A stretch of 64,000 bases of DNA from Octopus vulgaris (GCA_951406725.2 OX597827.1:41788001-41852000), one strand, 5' to 3'; counted from the first letter of the stretch, positions 14,077 to 30,207 are shown. Made by a program: numbers and translations. The notes: generated by a model not told the origin, from the letters alone.

Positions 14077-14607
14077 TTCTAAATATACATTTATATAAAT
14101 ATATAAATCTATATAAATATATATATATGTATATACATATATGTATATATATACATGTTTTTACATATTCGTATTTGCATGAATATATTGATGATTATAT
14201 ATATATATATGCATTTACATACACATACACACATATGTATATATGTATGCACATACAAGCATCCATATACACACAACACAGCGCATACACACGATCACCT
14301 ACAAACATTTTCCTTCTCTACAATTAGCAATTTTGTATGTGTGTGTATGTGCATGTATATATACGTATGTATGTATGTACGAATGATGTTACACACAGCA
14401 AAACACACACACACACACTTACAGATTTGACTGACATTCAAACACACATAAGCGTATACATAATTCACCCTATGATGGTTACAAATACATAAGAAAACTC
14501 CACATAGAAGCGCCAGGCATTCACAAATTCCTACGCACGCGCGCAAACACACATACACGCAATAGCTTGCTCATATATCAATATTTAATTGTATGCATAT
14601 ATGTGTT

Positions 14608-14657
<50 letters not shown>

Positions 14658-15070
14658 CACATATATCGAAATACACGCAGCTCCCACTGTCTCTCGCTAT
14701 ATATATCTTACACACACACAGGCATAAATATACATACATATATATATATATATATACATATATGTGTATACAAACACACATATATGTATATAAACAAGTG
14801 TGTGTATGTTTCTATTCTTGTATATGTGTGTGACACTGATAAACGTTATCACAAAATTAAAAGCAAGCCAAAATACACCAAACCATAAAGTTAATAAGAT
14901 TCTTCACATATGTATAAAATGGATATAAAAACATTTTTAATACAATAGCTTGACATACATAGAAACACTCTCTCGTACATATACGATACTCATTTGTATA
15001 TAAATATATATATATATATATTTACTCATATACACATATATACATATACATATATATATATGTGTATGTG

Positions 15071-15117
<47 letters not shown>

Positions 15118-15506
15118 TCACAGCGATACACAGGTAGATGTTTGTAATTATATTTACAAAGTTTTTTTGCCCGTAAGTACATTCAAGACACGTATATAAA
15201 TACACTCATATTTGCTGATGTTGTATAAACCTACTCCCTCTCTATGGCTGTCGGGGCTCTCATTACCGCTCTGAAGCAGTCTGTTTGTGTATGTCGAATG
15301 TGTGTCTGTGTGTGTGTGTTTGTGTGCGTTTGTGTTTCTTTGTATATAGCAATAGCCATATACTCATATACCCACAGATACACACACTCACTCACACATA
15401 TACACAACACACACACATGCACGCACACAGACCCACTATCTATATATCTATCTATCTCTCTATCTATCTATATATGTATGTACCCATCTATCTACATATC
15501 TATGTA

Positions 15507-15550
<44 letters not shown>

Positions 15551-16553
15551 TACACACACACAAAATTTCTGTTTTATTTGCTCACATTAGATATTTCTTG
15601 CAAAGTATAAGAATGTCCAAGAAAAAATTCGAAGTTCAAAGGACAATAACTACATCAACAACAACAACAAGTGCGCCATCCTCCACCCCCACAACTGGCA
15701 CTGTCACCACCATCACCATCACCATCGCCGTCACCTTCACCATTACCACCACCATCACTATCTTCATTTCCAGTAACAACAACAACAACAACAGCAGCAA
15801 TGATAAAAGAATAATAAAAACACCATAACAGCAACGACAACGTTAAGAGCAGACGAACAGCTGCACCAGCAACAACAGCAACAACAGCAACAATTGCAAT
15901 AACTGCAGCAGCAACAGCAGCAGCAGCTGCATGCAAAATCAAGCAACAATGCAGCTGTTCGTCGGTGTTGATAATAATACGTCTTCACACGGAAACAAAT
16001 TTGATGCACTTTGCTGAAAGTTCATCGATAAATTTGTAATAACATCAACATCACTGCTGGCGTTCAGACCACAAACATCATCAGCACTACCACCACAACC
16101 ACCACCGCTTCCACCTCCACCACCACCACCGCCACCGACGCCACCACAACCACAGCAGCCATCCTCGAACAAACTGCTGCCACCGCCGCCGCCACCGCCA
16201 CCAGCGGCACCACGCACCATCGCTGCCATCACCAACGGCAACCTTCTTATCATGTTTGTTGAGTTTACTACCATTCACTTCCCCCACCTCCTCCTCATCC
16301 TCCACCACCACCACCACTACCACCGCCACCAGTACCACAACCGTCATCATCATCATCGTCGTCGTCGTCGTCATCATCATCATCATCAGCTGCTGCTGCT
16401 ACATCTCCATCTGTTGATTCTTCTTCTTCTTCTTCTTCTTCTTCTTCTTCTTCTTCTTTTTCTTCTTCTTGTTTCTTTCTTTCATCACTTATCACTTTTA
16501 AGTTGAGGAACTCAATGCTAATGATGATGATGATGACTATAATGATAAAGATG

Positions 16554-16621
<68 letters not shown>

Positions 16622-16623
16622 TG

Positions 16624-16685
<62 letters not shown>

Positions 16686-16728
16686 TCTTTCTACTATAGG
16701 CAGAATGCCTGAAATTTGGGGGAGAGGA

Positions 16729-16867
16729 TAATTTGTCAAAATATTTTCGTCGCTTTGAGATCACGACCTGTTCTCTGACAAAATTCTATGCTGCATCGGA
16801 TGCAGAACGGAATTTTGTCAGTGAGCAGGTCGCAGTCTCAAAGTGACGAAAATATTTTGACAAATTA
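16729..16867. repeat. 139-bp imperfect palindrome / hairpin
   Basis: taatttgtcaaaatattttcgtc...ctgcatc g gatgcag...gacgaaaatattttgacaaatta. Confidence 0.9.
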
Positions 16868-17239
16868 AGTTTAAATGTTGAAGTGAATCCGACGGATTTT
16901 GTGTGTTTCTTAAATGGCTTATAAACACCTTCCACGCTGCAATTGTTTAATAATAATGTTTTCTTTTAATATTTTCTTTTCTTGGACACAAAGCCCCGAG
17001 ACATAGAGCACAATATCAAAGGATGAGTTATGACACAACCCCCCCCCAAAAAAAAAAACAAGACAAAAATGAACAAATTAGAACTAAAACAGGTGGGGTT
17101 TACATTAATGAAAGGGAGTCACTACCACATTAAGAGATATAACAAAGGATATATTACACGAATTAGAGAAATAAATAAATAATAAATAAATATCTGAAGT
17201 CCTCAATAGCGGGCTAGTCGAGTTAGAGTAATTCAGAGT

Positions 17240-18225
17240 AAATCCCACACAAAAATCACGGATTACTCTGCCATCTCCAAAGGCATGGGAAAATGATCAC
17301 TTCCGGTTTCTTTTCCCCCCTGCTTGAAAAAGCATATTCAGGGTAGATCCATTCAGTTTCACCAGTCTTGTCACTCACGCCCGCAAATTTATTTTCCTTG
17401 TGTGTTACTGTAATATCTGGTTTGCTATGTTGCATCTTCTTATCCATTTGAATAGGAAAATTCCACAAAATATTGCATGTTTTCGACACAATTACTCTTT
17501 CTACCTGATGATTATATCATGTAGCTTCCAGCTTCAAATTCTAACTTTTAGCAAAGCTTGCAGGGTAAAACTTTCACAGCTTGATTACATCTTCGTTTCT
17601 TATATTCTCCCTGGGCCAACTTTTGGCATTCTGCAACAGTATGTGCCAATAATTTCTTCCCAAATTCCACATACTTTACATTTTGCCGAGACCTTTTCCC
17701 CATATACATATTTTTCAAGTTGTTTGTTCACAGTGCTTGATCTTAAGCTGCTTTTATTAGGTTCTCTGTTTCGCTTTTAATTTTCCTTTTTTCAATCAAG
17801 CGCAGGATGTAGTTCCGCATATATCTTCACTGGCTTTCCAAAACTGACCATGAAAAGGTTTTCTTTTCTGTCTCTTAAAGGTAATCTCTTTAGATTTCCT
17901 GTTCGTCATTTTCTTCGTTTATTGATCTAGGTTTGATCACCTGTTATTTATTCACAACCCTTAGTAACCTTTCTATGTCGTTGTGCAGATAATCACATTA
18001 GCTGCATCGTGCCATCTGAAAATTCTCTGCCACACCAATTCAGCCACTCCCACCCTGCTCTCTCTTCAAGTACAATCGGTTAATATCAGTTTTCGCAGGG
18101 TAGGCTCTATACAGAATGAATAGTTTTCTCATTTTTCTATCAAGTTTTTGCTTTTCGCCTTTTCTCCGATTCACAATATTCCCGTTCCATATCTGATAAC
18201 CAGTACTGCTTTCCAATTAATTGCT
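17240..18225 (-). pseudogene. Degenerate RLE-type LINE fragment
   Basis: ILWNFPIQMDKKMQHSKPDITV; upstream remnants parallel the 27801 ORF, with stops. Confidence 0.65.
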
Positions 18226-18263
18226 TCAACAGCAGCAGCAACAACAACAATATCATCATCATC

Positions 18264-18308
<45 letters not shown>

Positions 18309-18332
18309 TATAATGAAAATAATATTAATAGG

Positions 18333-18912
18333 TCCCTGATACTGCACTCATGCAGTACCAGGTACTGGCTTTCATGGCTTCTGATCTTAACTGATTTGAC
18401 GTATCATCATATACGTATTTTGTCTTAATGTGAAAGGTGGGCAACAGCAAATATTCTGCTCCGTATCACAGATTAGCTTGTCAGTTGTTTGACCTTAACC
18501 AGTTGAGCATGTCCCTTAATGGCTGACGATATGTGCATCTCTGATCACAAGTAGAAGTAGTTGGTTGGGGAATCATAGTCATGTGTTGAGAGGAATTATT
18601 TAGGGTTTGGATAATTCACCTTGGCAGATTCTTTCAACATTCTCAAACAACCCTTATTCAGGGACCTTTTTAGGAGGATGGGTTACTTGACATGAAAAAC
18701 ATTCTAACTGGGCCCCACCTGCAAGGTCATACTCTGTTTATCTTGATATGAGATCACTGTGTCGTGGATATATGATTAAGATGCATGTGCCTGGTGTATC
18801 CTTATGAGAGGGTAGTCATGATGGGTATACTGGGCTTCGTATATTTTACCCCAGTGTTACTTTGATGACGTGCACTGCTCTCTCCCTCTCTCTCTCTCTC
18901 TCTCGCTCTCAA
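18333..18912. mobile_element. ~560-bp element, copy 3 (inverted, diverged)
   Basis: Reverse complement of 11799-12363, ending ctctcaataataat. Confidence 0.75.
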
Positions 18913-19185
18913 TAATAATAATAATAATAACAACGTTGAATTTGTGAAAAAGTGGTTGAATGAGCCTACTCGAAGTACACGCCAGTAGATTGGAAAGTAA
19001 GAGAAAGGGATCGTACCTTTTCTGGTCAGGGCGATCCTAGATCTGTGTGACTCCTGGATTGACCCTAGTTGGAGCTTTTTCTGTATTAGGAGGACTGCAT
19101 CATTCATATTATCATACTGTTTACTTTTGTATCTTTTTGTCGCATTTTACTGTCTTTGGCTAATAAAAGGAATTATTATTATTAA

Positions 19186-19290
<105 letters not shown>

Positions 19291-19295
19291 TATTA

Positions 19296-19365
<70 letters not shown>

Positions 19366-19379
19366 CATTATTGTTATTA

Positions 19380-19905
19380 TTCCGTCTTTCTTCAATTTTC
19401 TTCAATTTCTCGCCGAGTGTTTTCCGTACACCTAGGACAGAGAAGCTCATTGTATGCATTCCCAGATTACATACACAAATTCACAGGTAAAATATGTATT
19501 TAAAAAAATTAATAAATAAATAAATTCATGAACGGATGTTGTTTTCACAGCGATAATGCTCTTCTCAGTATATGAGTCGTTCCAGTTCTGTAGGGATGGT
19601 AAGACTGGTATCATTTTCAAATAGGTTTCAGTACCTTTTTTTTTATCATTCCTAGAGATCCTACAATCACTGGTAGTGTAGTCGCCTAGAGATGCCACAT
19701 TTTTTCATTTTCTATTAGCAAGTCTTTTCATTTACTGATCTTGTCAAATTCTTTCGCCGCTATATTGTGATCGCAAGGAATACTCATGTCAATTAATAAA
19801 CACAACTTTTTTTGTCTGATCTTTTATAATAATATCCGGCTTATTATTTTTATAGTCTTGTCGGTATTTACGGGGAAGTTCCAGAGAATCGACATATTTT
19901 CGTCC
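19380..19905 (-). pseudogene. Degenerate RLE-type LINE 3' end
   Basis: Minus strand reads LWNFPVNTDK...KPDIIIKD...LIDMS; next to (TAA)n. Confidence 0.6.
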
Positions 19906-20079
19906 TTATCATCATCATCATCATTATTATTATTATGAGTTCAAATTCCACTGAAGCCGTCTTTGCCTTTCAACCTTTCGGAGTCGAACATTGGGGTCAA
20001 TATAATCGACACATCTCCCCCACAAAATGGCTGCTCTTGTTGCATCATCATCACCATCACCACCACCACCACCACCACC

Positions 20080-20132
<53 letters not shown>

Positions 20133-20221
20133 CATCATCATCCTCATCATCATCCTCATCATCATCATCATTGTCATCATCGTCATCATCATCATCATTA
20201 CCATCATCATCATCATCATCA

Positions 20222-20286
<65 letters not shown>

Positions 20287-21216
20287 TATGTTTTTGCCAT
20301 AGCCGAGCCGCTCTTCTTGTAAAAATCTATAGCTTGTACGTTGATATCAGTTTTCTTCAGTTTGTCCGATAGAAGTTTTAATTTTCAATTATTATTGTAT
20401 TTGTCTTAGGTATAGAAAAAAAAAAAAAGAAAACAAACGAACAAAAATAAATAAAAAAAGTGAAGTTCGAATATTTTGAGTGTCCACCCTCATTAAAGGA
20501 GGCAGAATGACATTTTCATGTCATTTGTAGTCAGGAAACAAATATTTTAATTAATTATCTCAGCATATTTGACGTATGAAGCAGGAGGACTAGTGAGAGG
20601 AATCCTTGACAGCTGTGGTAGCGGTAAACGCTGACGCTGTTGTTTGCTTTGAAAACATTGCTAGCCAAGGCGAAAAAGTAATTATATTCCAAATAGCTTC
20701 CGGAGAAATATAACAAATGTATTGGTGCTAGCTCCGGCGACGACGTTTAATGCTATAGTGCAAAACAGCGGTGAAACGGAGATAGACATATATCAGAAAT
20801 ATGTAGATATGAACTGTGACAGTCTAAAATTCTGTGTCACAACACAATAATGAGGCGGGAAGCAATAGCGCTATAAACATCACGAACAGCACGAAATGTA
20901 AAAACAAAGAAAAATAACGTCAAAAATAATAAAAACAATGATAAAATCTGCATCGACGAGACAACAATGAAGATTTTTTTTTTTATCTTCTGTCCGTACA
21001 GCGAACCAATTGATGCCACATTCAATCAAGGGAAAAAATACAAGCTAAAAAACATACAAGAGAGACGTTATGGCTCTGAGGTGTTGCTACTTCCGGCAGA
21101 AGAGTGTAGATGTACGTATTTTAAACTAATGTATTCCGGAAGTTATATGACCTTACACTAGCACAAAAGAAAAAAACACAAGACCGACCTAGTTTCGGTC
21201 AGCAGTTATTTATATA

Positions 21217-21600
21217 GGCGCAGGAGTGGCTGTGTGGTAAGTAGCTTGCTAACCAACCACATGGTTCCGGGTTCAGTCCCACTGCGTGGCATCTTGGGCA
21301 AGTGTCTTCTGCTATAGCCTCGGGCCGACCAATGCCTTGTGAGTGGATTTGGTAGACGGAAACTGAAAGAAGCCTGTCGTATATATGTATATATATATAT
21401 ATGTGTGTCTGTGTTTGTCCCCTTAGCATTGCTTGACAACCGATGCTGGTGTGTTTATGTCTCCGTTACTTAGCGGTTCGGCAAAAGAGACCGATAGAAT
21501 AAGTAATGGGCTTACAAAGAATAAGTCCCGGGGTCGAGTTGCTCGACTAAAGGTGGTGCTCCAGCATGGCCGCAGTCAAATGACTGAAACAAGTAAAAAG
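21217..21600 (+). mobile_element. tRNA-derived SINE (family A), full length
   Basis: ggcgcaggagtggctgtgtgg (A-box), ggttcagtccc (B-box); near-identical to 62622-63030. Confidence 0.9.
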
Positions 21601-22479
21601 AAAAAGAAAAAAAGAAAAAGAAATAAAGAAAATGAGACATCACGACACTATGGTTGCCATCTTTAATAGTGTGCAAGAATCCGAACGGTGGTCATATCTG
21701 TGAGCATGCCCTTGCAATTCCTGATGTTTTTAACTTTATATGGGGTACCGGGCGACTGATGTCGGTCCGCCCGACAGGAACACAGAACAGACATAGTACT
21801 TAAGTCTATTTTCCAACAGCAACAGCCAAACATTTTATAAGAGACTTCCAGGTGTTGGTTGTATTTTCATATCTTCCTGTCACCTCAGAACATTTCTCTT
21901 TTTGATTAGTGTAAGCAGTTAGAAGTGTTTGTCGAAGACGGGACTGAACAGCAACTAGAATAACCATCTCAGATCTTATTACTCTGTGAAGGAGAAGGTG
22001 AAAGCTGAGAACCTGCCCTCTCTGCTGCTACCAATCCTCTCGGCCGCTGTAATCCGAACAACAGTAACAGTCATAGCAACAAAATAACAACAACAGCAAC
22101 AAAAATTCTTATATTCGTTCAAATTCTCATATTCACCGGGGTTCTAGCAAATGATTCCCAACCACAAATATAAAAACAACATACATATATTTGGTAAAAA
22201 AACAGACATAGCCTCAACACACTCTGATCCATGTTGAGAGAAACCTGCTGTGATTTATTAGAACGTTTCCGGAAATGGCAAATTGTGGGAAGATCGACAA
22301 AGAATAAGAGGATTAAAACAAGTTTAAGGTGAAATTATAGATCATGAATTTGTAGTCCATCTTGCCAACTTCCCGGACCATACACATTACGCTAATTATT
22401 TGTTAATTGGACGAAAATTCTCATTAACATTTGTGACACTACGTTGTATCAAAACTTACATTGCGAAGATCAAAGCCAT

Positions 22480-22930
22480 ACTTGTTATACCGTTGGAGCT
22501 GTCTGAGAAAATTTATAGGACATTTTAGTTTTCTCTCCTATTAGATACTAATATACATTCCTAGCGTGCATCCAAATTACCATTCCAATAGCCCAGTAAC
22601 ATTAATAAGCTTGTTATTCCTTGGAATGATAACTAAATATTAAAGAAACCATGTCGTCTAGTTTTTACCGTAAGCGGGTGGTGGCTTGACTGAAGTTACT
22701 ACCATCGTCTTTACTGCTGTCCATGTATACGACCACCGACTTGCCACTCAGTACCTAGGAAAACATTACTTTCCTCTAAATTCTGTGCTGTTTACTAGAT
22801 TCCCAAATAATAACTACAAAGCCACTCGATCCAGTGCGCGCTCGACTAGAAAAGAATGCGTGTCGGAAAATCTTGTCTCGCTGATGACAACTTCGTCTTG
22901 ATGTAATGACCTAACATTGTTAAGTAGCGT
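22480..22930 (-). pseudogene. Possible APE-endonuclease remnant of a LINE
   Basis: Minus strand NVRSL, VVISETRF and GNLDAR (GDFNAR-like) in the expected order; heavily degraded. Confidence 0.4.
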
Positions 22931-23499
22931 CTTCCTACTTCCACTCCGACTCCTGTATACATGCATTAACACAGCCTTTTCTTAGTATGGCCATGTAAGA
23001 GAAGAAATTAAAACAAAAGGAGTTATCTTCAGTTACACTAATCAAGGGATAATCCGTTTTAATACCATCCTGTTCATTAAACTTTCAAAAGATACTACGC
23101 CGTATCAACAATGTTTCTCCAGACTATGGTACACTTCTGACATGGCTCCTCACTTTGATATTATGACACCTCAGCCCACGAACGTCTCCTCCTATTAAGG
23201 ATTACACATTGTTGATTTCTTTTTTATGCTAATTTTGTTAGTCTTGTTTACACGCAAACCCCCTCACAACACACACATTTTCTGTTTTGTCTTGTGCCGT
23301 CCATAATTTTTTTCTTAAGGAAAACCCTGGTGGTTAATAAAGAAATCATTCTTCTTCTTCTTCTTCTTCTTCTTCTTCTTCTTCTTCTTCTTCTTCTTCT
23401 TCTTCTTCTTCTTCTTCTTCTTCTTCTTCTTCTTCTTCTTCTTCTTCTTCTTCTTCTTCTCCACCTTCTCCTGCTTTTTCTTCTTGTTTTACTACTCAG

Positions 23500-24130
23500 A
23501 AGTAGATCCGTTTTATCATCAAAAAATTGGGATTTCGGATTTGACCGAATTATATGATGTGGTTGATCGGAGCGGCGGTGGAGGTAAATGTGAGATAACG
23601 AGGGCTTGCAAAATAACTCTGTTACCATTTTGCCTCCCGAAAACTTAACTTTTGTGTCCAAAAATTCAACGCAAGCTTTTGAAAAAAACTTGACGTAAAT
23701 TTTATGTCGGACTTAAAGTCATAGGTTTATCATAACAGTTGCAGAAATTCAAGAAGTCAATTAAATTATCTTGTGATCCTTCCCAGACATAAAAGATGTC
23801 ATCAATGATCCGTAACCAGAGTATTGGTTCATGACCATGTAGGGATTTGAATGTCTTCAGTAACTGTGTCTTGAATTTCATCATGAAGACATTAGCGAAA
23901 TTAACTGCCATGGGGGTACCCATGATGCATCTGGCGGTAAAAGTTTTGTCCAAACTTCATAGTGTTACTTTGTAACACAAACCTTAATAACCTACAAAGA
24001 AAATTTGATAGAATATACTTTTGTTTGACTTTTTTCGGAAGGCATTCATTCATGCTTCTACCCCTTCATCGCGGCCAATATTGGGATATAAGGAAGAAAC
24101 TTACATGGTTACCAAAAAACAGTTTTCGAC
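23500..24130 (-). pseudogene. Penelope-like RT fragment
   Basis: MGTPMAVNFANVFM...WLRIIDDIFYVW; YLHRRSDQPHHIIRSNPKSQF. Confidence 0.8.
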
Positions 24131-24139
24131 GTTGCCTCG

Positions 24140-24880
24140 TTGCTTCAAAAAGTTGTTGATTTTAGACACACAATCAAAATTATCCTGAATATAGGAACTT
24201 GAACTCTTTGCGACAGGCAGTAGAAAGCCATCCAGCCATTCCGAAATCTTGACTGTAAAACATTTATATCCACTGCAAATTTACCTGCACTGTCGTTCCG
24301 ATCAGCCACATCATATAATTCGGTCAAATCCGAAATCTCAATTTTTGAGGATAAAACAGATTTGTACTGATATAGGGGATTACTGGAAACATGCAAATGC
24401 TTTTGTCCCCTATTATGTCAAACACAGTTACAGTGAATGACAATTAAAGGAAATAACAAATGAAATAACTAAGATTAGCAAGGAAAGTCAACCTAGCAAA
24501 AAAAAAAAAAAAAAGCCCCCACGAGTAATTTTAGCAAACACAGTACAATATATACGATGTGACAGAATTCCTTTAGTGATTAACTGGCACCGAAATTCCG
24601 CTGGCATTTCAAAAGGGTTTTATGAAAGCTACCAGCATGTTGCAGGAAAATATCCTCGTTTCAAACAGATATTTCCTCAGCCGCCTATTGTAGCCATTAG
24701 ATGAAATAAAAATATAAAAGAACATTTAAAGAAAATTAATAATGGTGTATCTGCACGCTGTATCTTGAAAAAAAAAAAACAGCCGCAAGAGAGGTAAGCT
24801 CTGTTCATTGTGCAACAATATGACTCAAGTGAATTCCATCAGGAATCATAACAGAAATATTATAATTTGTACAGAAGTTC
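24140..24880 (+). pseudogene. Penelope-like RT thumb/linker fragment, opposite orientation
   Basis: YLHCRSDQPHHIIRSNPKSQFLRIKQICT, then RIPLVI and IFPQPPIVA-like linker motifs. Confidence 0.72.
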
Positions 24881-25115
24881 TTGTATAATTTGCTTTGTTA
24901 CATAGTTTCCAATTTTAATTTGTTTTCTATTTTGGATTGTATTTGAGAGTTTATGAAGAGGTTCTCTATCCTGCATGTTACTACAAGCTTATTCAGGATT
25001 TTCTGCTTCAGTTCTGTCATAGGCTCCCTATGTTCTTCAGTAAATGCGTAGTCTTCAAATATTGTTTCTGTACCACTTTCCTCGTTATCTTTATCTTTAT
25101 CAGGTTCATTACAAT

Positions 25116-25197
<82 letters not shown>

Positions 25198-25202
25198 CAT
25201 CA

Positions 25203-26715
<1,513 letters not shown>

Positions 26716-26728
26716 TTGTACCTACATT

Positions 26729-26801
<73 letters not shown>

Positions 26802-26861
26802 CTCTCCTCCTCATCCTCCTCCTCCCCATTATTATTATTATTATCATTATTATTATTGTTA

Positions 26862-27375
26862 TTATTCAGTAGTTTTATTTTTATAGCGTGCTTTCACTTC
26901 ACTACCGAGCACAGCTCTGTGTGCCTTGGGTATGTGCTGTGATTTGTTGTGATGCTCTGATGGTTATTGTATGGAAAGTGTTCTGCGTAGGATGTGTGCA
27001 GTGCCTAGTAGTGCAATTTTCTGTATGTTATATGTGTTTGTAAGTCCTGGTGTTTTTGTTATGTATTTGTCTGAATATTTTTTTATCATGCCTAATGCAC
27101 CTACTATGATAGGAATTGTTTCTGTTTTCAGATTCCACATTCTAGTTACCTCTATTTCCAGGTCTTTGTATTTTGAGAGTTTCTCCATTTCTTTTAGAGA
27201 CACGTTGTCATCTGCCGGTATTAATACATCAATTAGAAAGCATTTTTTTTCTTCATGATCTCTGACAACTATATCTGGTCTGTTGACCTTAATTTCTCTA
27301 TCTGTGTGTATCGGCATATCCCAGAGTATGGTTGCTTTCTCGTTTTCTGTGACCTTTTCTGGTGTGTGCCTATAC

Positions 27376-27377
<2 letters not shown>
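26862..27377 (-). mobile_element. R4/Dong-like LINE 3' end (family 1)
   Basis: ORF 26964-27317 NRPDIVVRD...IQKIALLGTAHILRRTL. Confidence 0.9.
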
Positions 27378-27467
<90 letters not shown>

Positions 27468-27468
<1 letters not shown>

Positions 27469-27678
27469 CATTCAGTAGTTTTATTTTTATAGCGTGCTTT
27501 CACTTCACTACCGAGCGCAGCTCTGTGTGCCTTAGGTATGTGCTGTGATTTGTTGTGATGTTCTGATGGTTATTGTATGGAAAGTGTTCTGCGTAGGATG
27601 TGTGCAGTGCCTAGTAGTGCAATTTTCTGTATGTTATATGTGTTTGTAAGTCCTGGTGTTTTTGTTATGTATTTGTCC
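27468..27678 (-). mobile_element. R4/Dong-like LINE short 3' end (family 1)
   Basis: Same 3'UTR, between (TAA)n tracts. Confidence 0.88.
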
Positions 27679-27702
27679 ATTATTATTATTATTATTATTA
27701 TT

Positions 27703-29463
27703 ATTCAGTAGTTTTATTTTTATTTTTATAGCGTGCTTTCACTTCACTACCGAGCGCAGCTCTGTGTGCCTTGGGTATGTGCTGTGATTTGTTGTGATGG
27801 TTATTGTATGGAAAGTGTTCTGCGTAGGATGTGTGCAGTGCCTAGTAGTGCAATTTTCTGTATGTTATATGTGTTTGTAAGTCCTGGTGTTTTTGTTATG
27901 TATTTGTCTGAATATTTTTTTATCATGCCTAATGCACCTACTATGATAGGAATTGTTTCTGTTTTCAGATTCCACATTCTAGTTACCTCTATTTCCAGGT
28001 CTTTGTATTTTGAGAGTTTCTCCATTTCTTTTGGAGACACGTTGTCATCTGCCGGTACTGATACATCAATTAGAAAGCATTTTTTTTCTTCATGGTCTCT
28101 GACAACTATATCTGATCTGTTGGCCTTAATTTCTCTATCTGTGTGTATCGGCATATCCCAGAGTATGGTTGCTTTCTCGTTTTCTGTGACCTTTTCTGGT
28201 GTGTGCCTATACCATCTTTTTTCTGTTGTTATTCCATAATGTTGGCATAGCTTCCAATGTATGTAAGTTCCAACTCTGTCATGTCTGTGAATATATTCCT
28301 TCTTAGCCAGGACTGGGCAGCTAGAGATAATATGATTTATTGTTTCTGGTCCATCTCCACATATTCTGCAGTTACTTGTAATATTTCTTTTCATTACATG
28401 TTTTTGGTAATTTCTGGTGGGGAGGCTTTGGTCTTGTGCTGCAATTAAAAATCCCTCTGTTTCTGCTTTGAGTCCTGAGCTTCTCAACCATTGCTGGGAT
28501 TTTTCTTTGTCTATTTCTTTTGCGTTTAGTTTAGTCCAGTATTTACCATGAAGGGGCTTTTCTTGCCATCGTTTTATCATGGTTCGTTGCTGTTCTATTT
28601 TTAGTTTGGATTTCATTTTTTTTATAGCTTTTGTTGTTTCTTCATCTTCTTCTTCTTCATGTTTATTAGGTGGTATGATTTCTTGTTTGTATTTGTCAGC
28701 TTCCTTAAATACTGAGAACAGTTTTTTGTTTTGCTCGTGTTTTGCCGCTATCTGGATCAGTTTTCCTTCCTTCTGAAGTAGATATTTTTGCAGTCCTATG
28801 GTGGTTATTTTATAGTAGTTTTCCAGCTGTATAAGGCCTCTACCACCTTCTATACGTTGTATATATAGTCTTTCTATGTCAGATTTTGGGTGATGCATCC
28901 TAGATCCTGTCATTATTTTTCTTGTTTTCCTGTCTATTTTGGTCAGTTCATTTCGTGTCCAGTTAAGGATATTGTAGCTGTAACTTATAACTGGGACAGC
29001 TAAAGTGTTGATACCTATTATCTTGTTTTTAGCATTTAGCTCTGTGTTTAGTATTGATCTAACTCGTCTATAATATTCTTTTTTTATTTTCTCTTTCATT
29101 TGTGTGTGTTGTGTCTTATCTAGTTCATGGACTCCTAAGTATTTGTAAGTTTGGCTTTGGTCTAATTCTTTTATTTCATTTGCTTCATCTAGTGTGATGT
29201 TGTTACTCTTAACAAGTTTTCCTCTTTTCATGGTTACTTTGGCGCATTTTTCTAATCCAAATTTCATATCTATTTCTTTGGTAAATCCATGAACTGTCTT
29301 TAATAGTGTTTCCAGCTGTTTGTCATTTGCAGCGTATAGTTTTAGGTCATCCATATATAAAAGGTGGCTGATCGTTTTGCCGTAACATTTATATCCGCAT
29401 CCAGTTCTATTTAGCATATCAGATAGAGGTGACAGTGCCAAGCAGAAAAGGAGTGGAGAGAGC

Positions 29464-29465
<2 letters not shown>
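27703..29465 (-). mobile_element. R4/Dong-like LINE, 5'-truncated young copy
   Basis: RT-CCHC-RLE ORF plus 3'UTR; (TAA)n at both junctions. Confidence 0.93.
27801..29465 (-). CDS. Truncated non-LTR ORF: RT C-half, CCHC knuckle, restriction-like endonuclease
   Basis: LSPLLF, LYMDDLKL, CRICGDGPETINHIISSC, RHD, RSDIV..D; stop-free for ~550 codons; the listed N-terminus (to 29597) is microsatellite read-through. Confidence 0.88.
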
Positions 29466-29539
<74 letters not shown>

Positions 29540-30190
29540 GCGCATTTAATTCAGTGATATTTAATGAATAATTTAGATTATGTGGGCAAAGCCCCATTTA
29601 AAAGAAATGTCTCATAAATTTACAGGTCCTCTGTAATTCATAATTAGATTGAAAAGAGCTAATCGGAGTATGGCCTGCAGTGGTGGTCACTGTTATCTCT
29701 TTTGAATCTCCTGAAGAGATGCTGCTCCTGGGATATTGCTAACATGTTTTTCCAGTCCTGTTTCATACCCAGGGATCCTAAGATTAATGGAACTGTCTTC
29801 CTTTTAACAATCTCATTCTCTAAGACTGAATTTGTTAATTTTTTTTTCTATCTCTTTTACTGATATGGCGTTATCTGATTGAATACTCATATCAAATAAT
29901 TTTCAGGTTTTATCTTTCTTGCCCTTGAAAATCATATCTGCTCTGCTTGAATTCTCCGATTTGCACTCACTGGGAAATCCCAAAGTATTGTTATCTTATA
30001 TCTTCTTCCATTAATAGTTATGGTTTGTATTCATGCCGGTTAATGGTTGTTTTGATGATGTAATGGTTACATAACTTCCAGTGCCAATAATGGTTTACTC
30101 TGTCATGGCGATTCTTATAACTATTTCGTGTCAGTACCGGACAGCCTAAAATAAGATGCTTTGTGTTTTATCATATCTGTCACAAAATAT
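29540..30190 (-). pseudogene. Very degraded RLE-type LINE 3' region
   Basis: LWDFP motif and downstream remnants on the minus strand. Confidence 0.5.
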
Positions 30191-30207
30191 GCATAAGACT
30201 TAAACAT

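Noticed and set aside
15939-16274. Gly-rich 111-aa ORF
   Set aside because: Low complexity; several frames are equally open; no domain
21217-21290. tRNA gene
   Set aside because: A/B boxes without a cloverleaf; it is a SINE head
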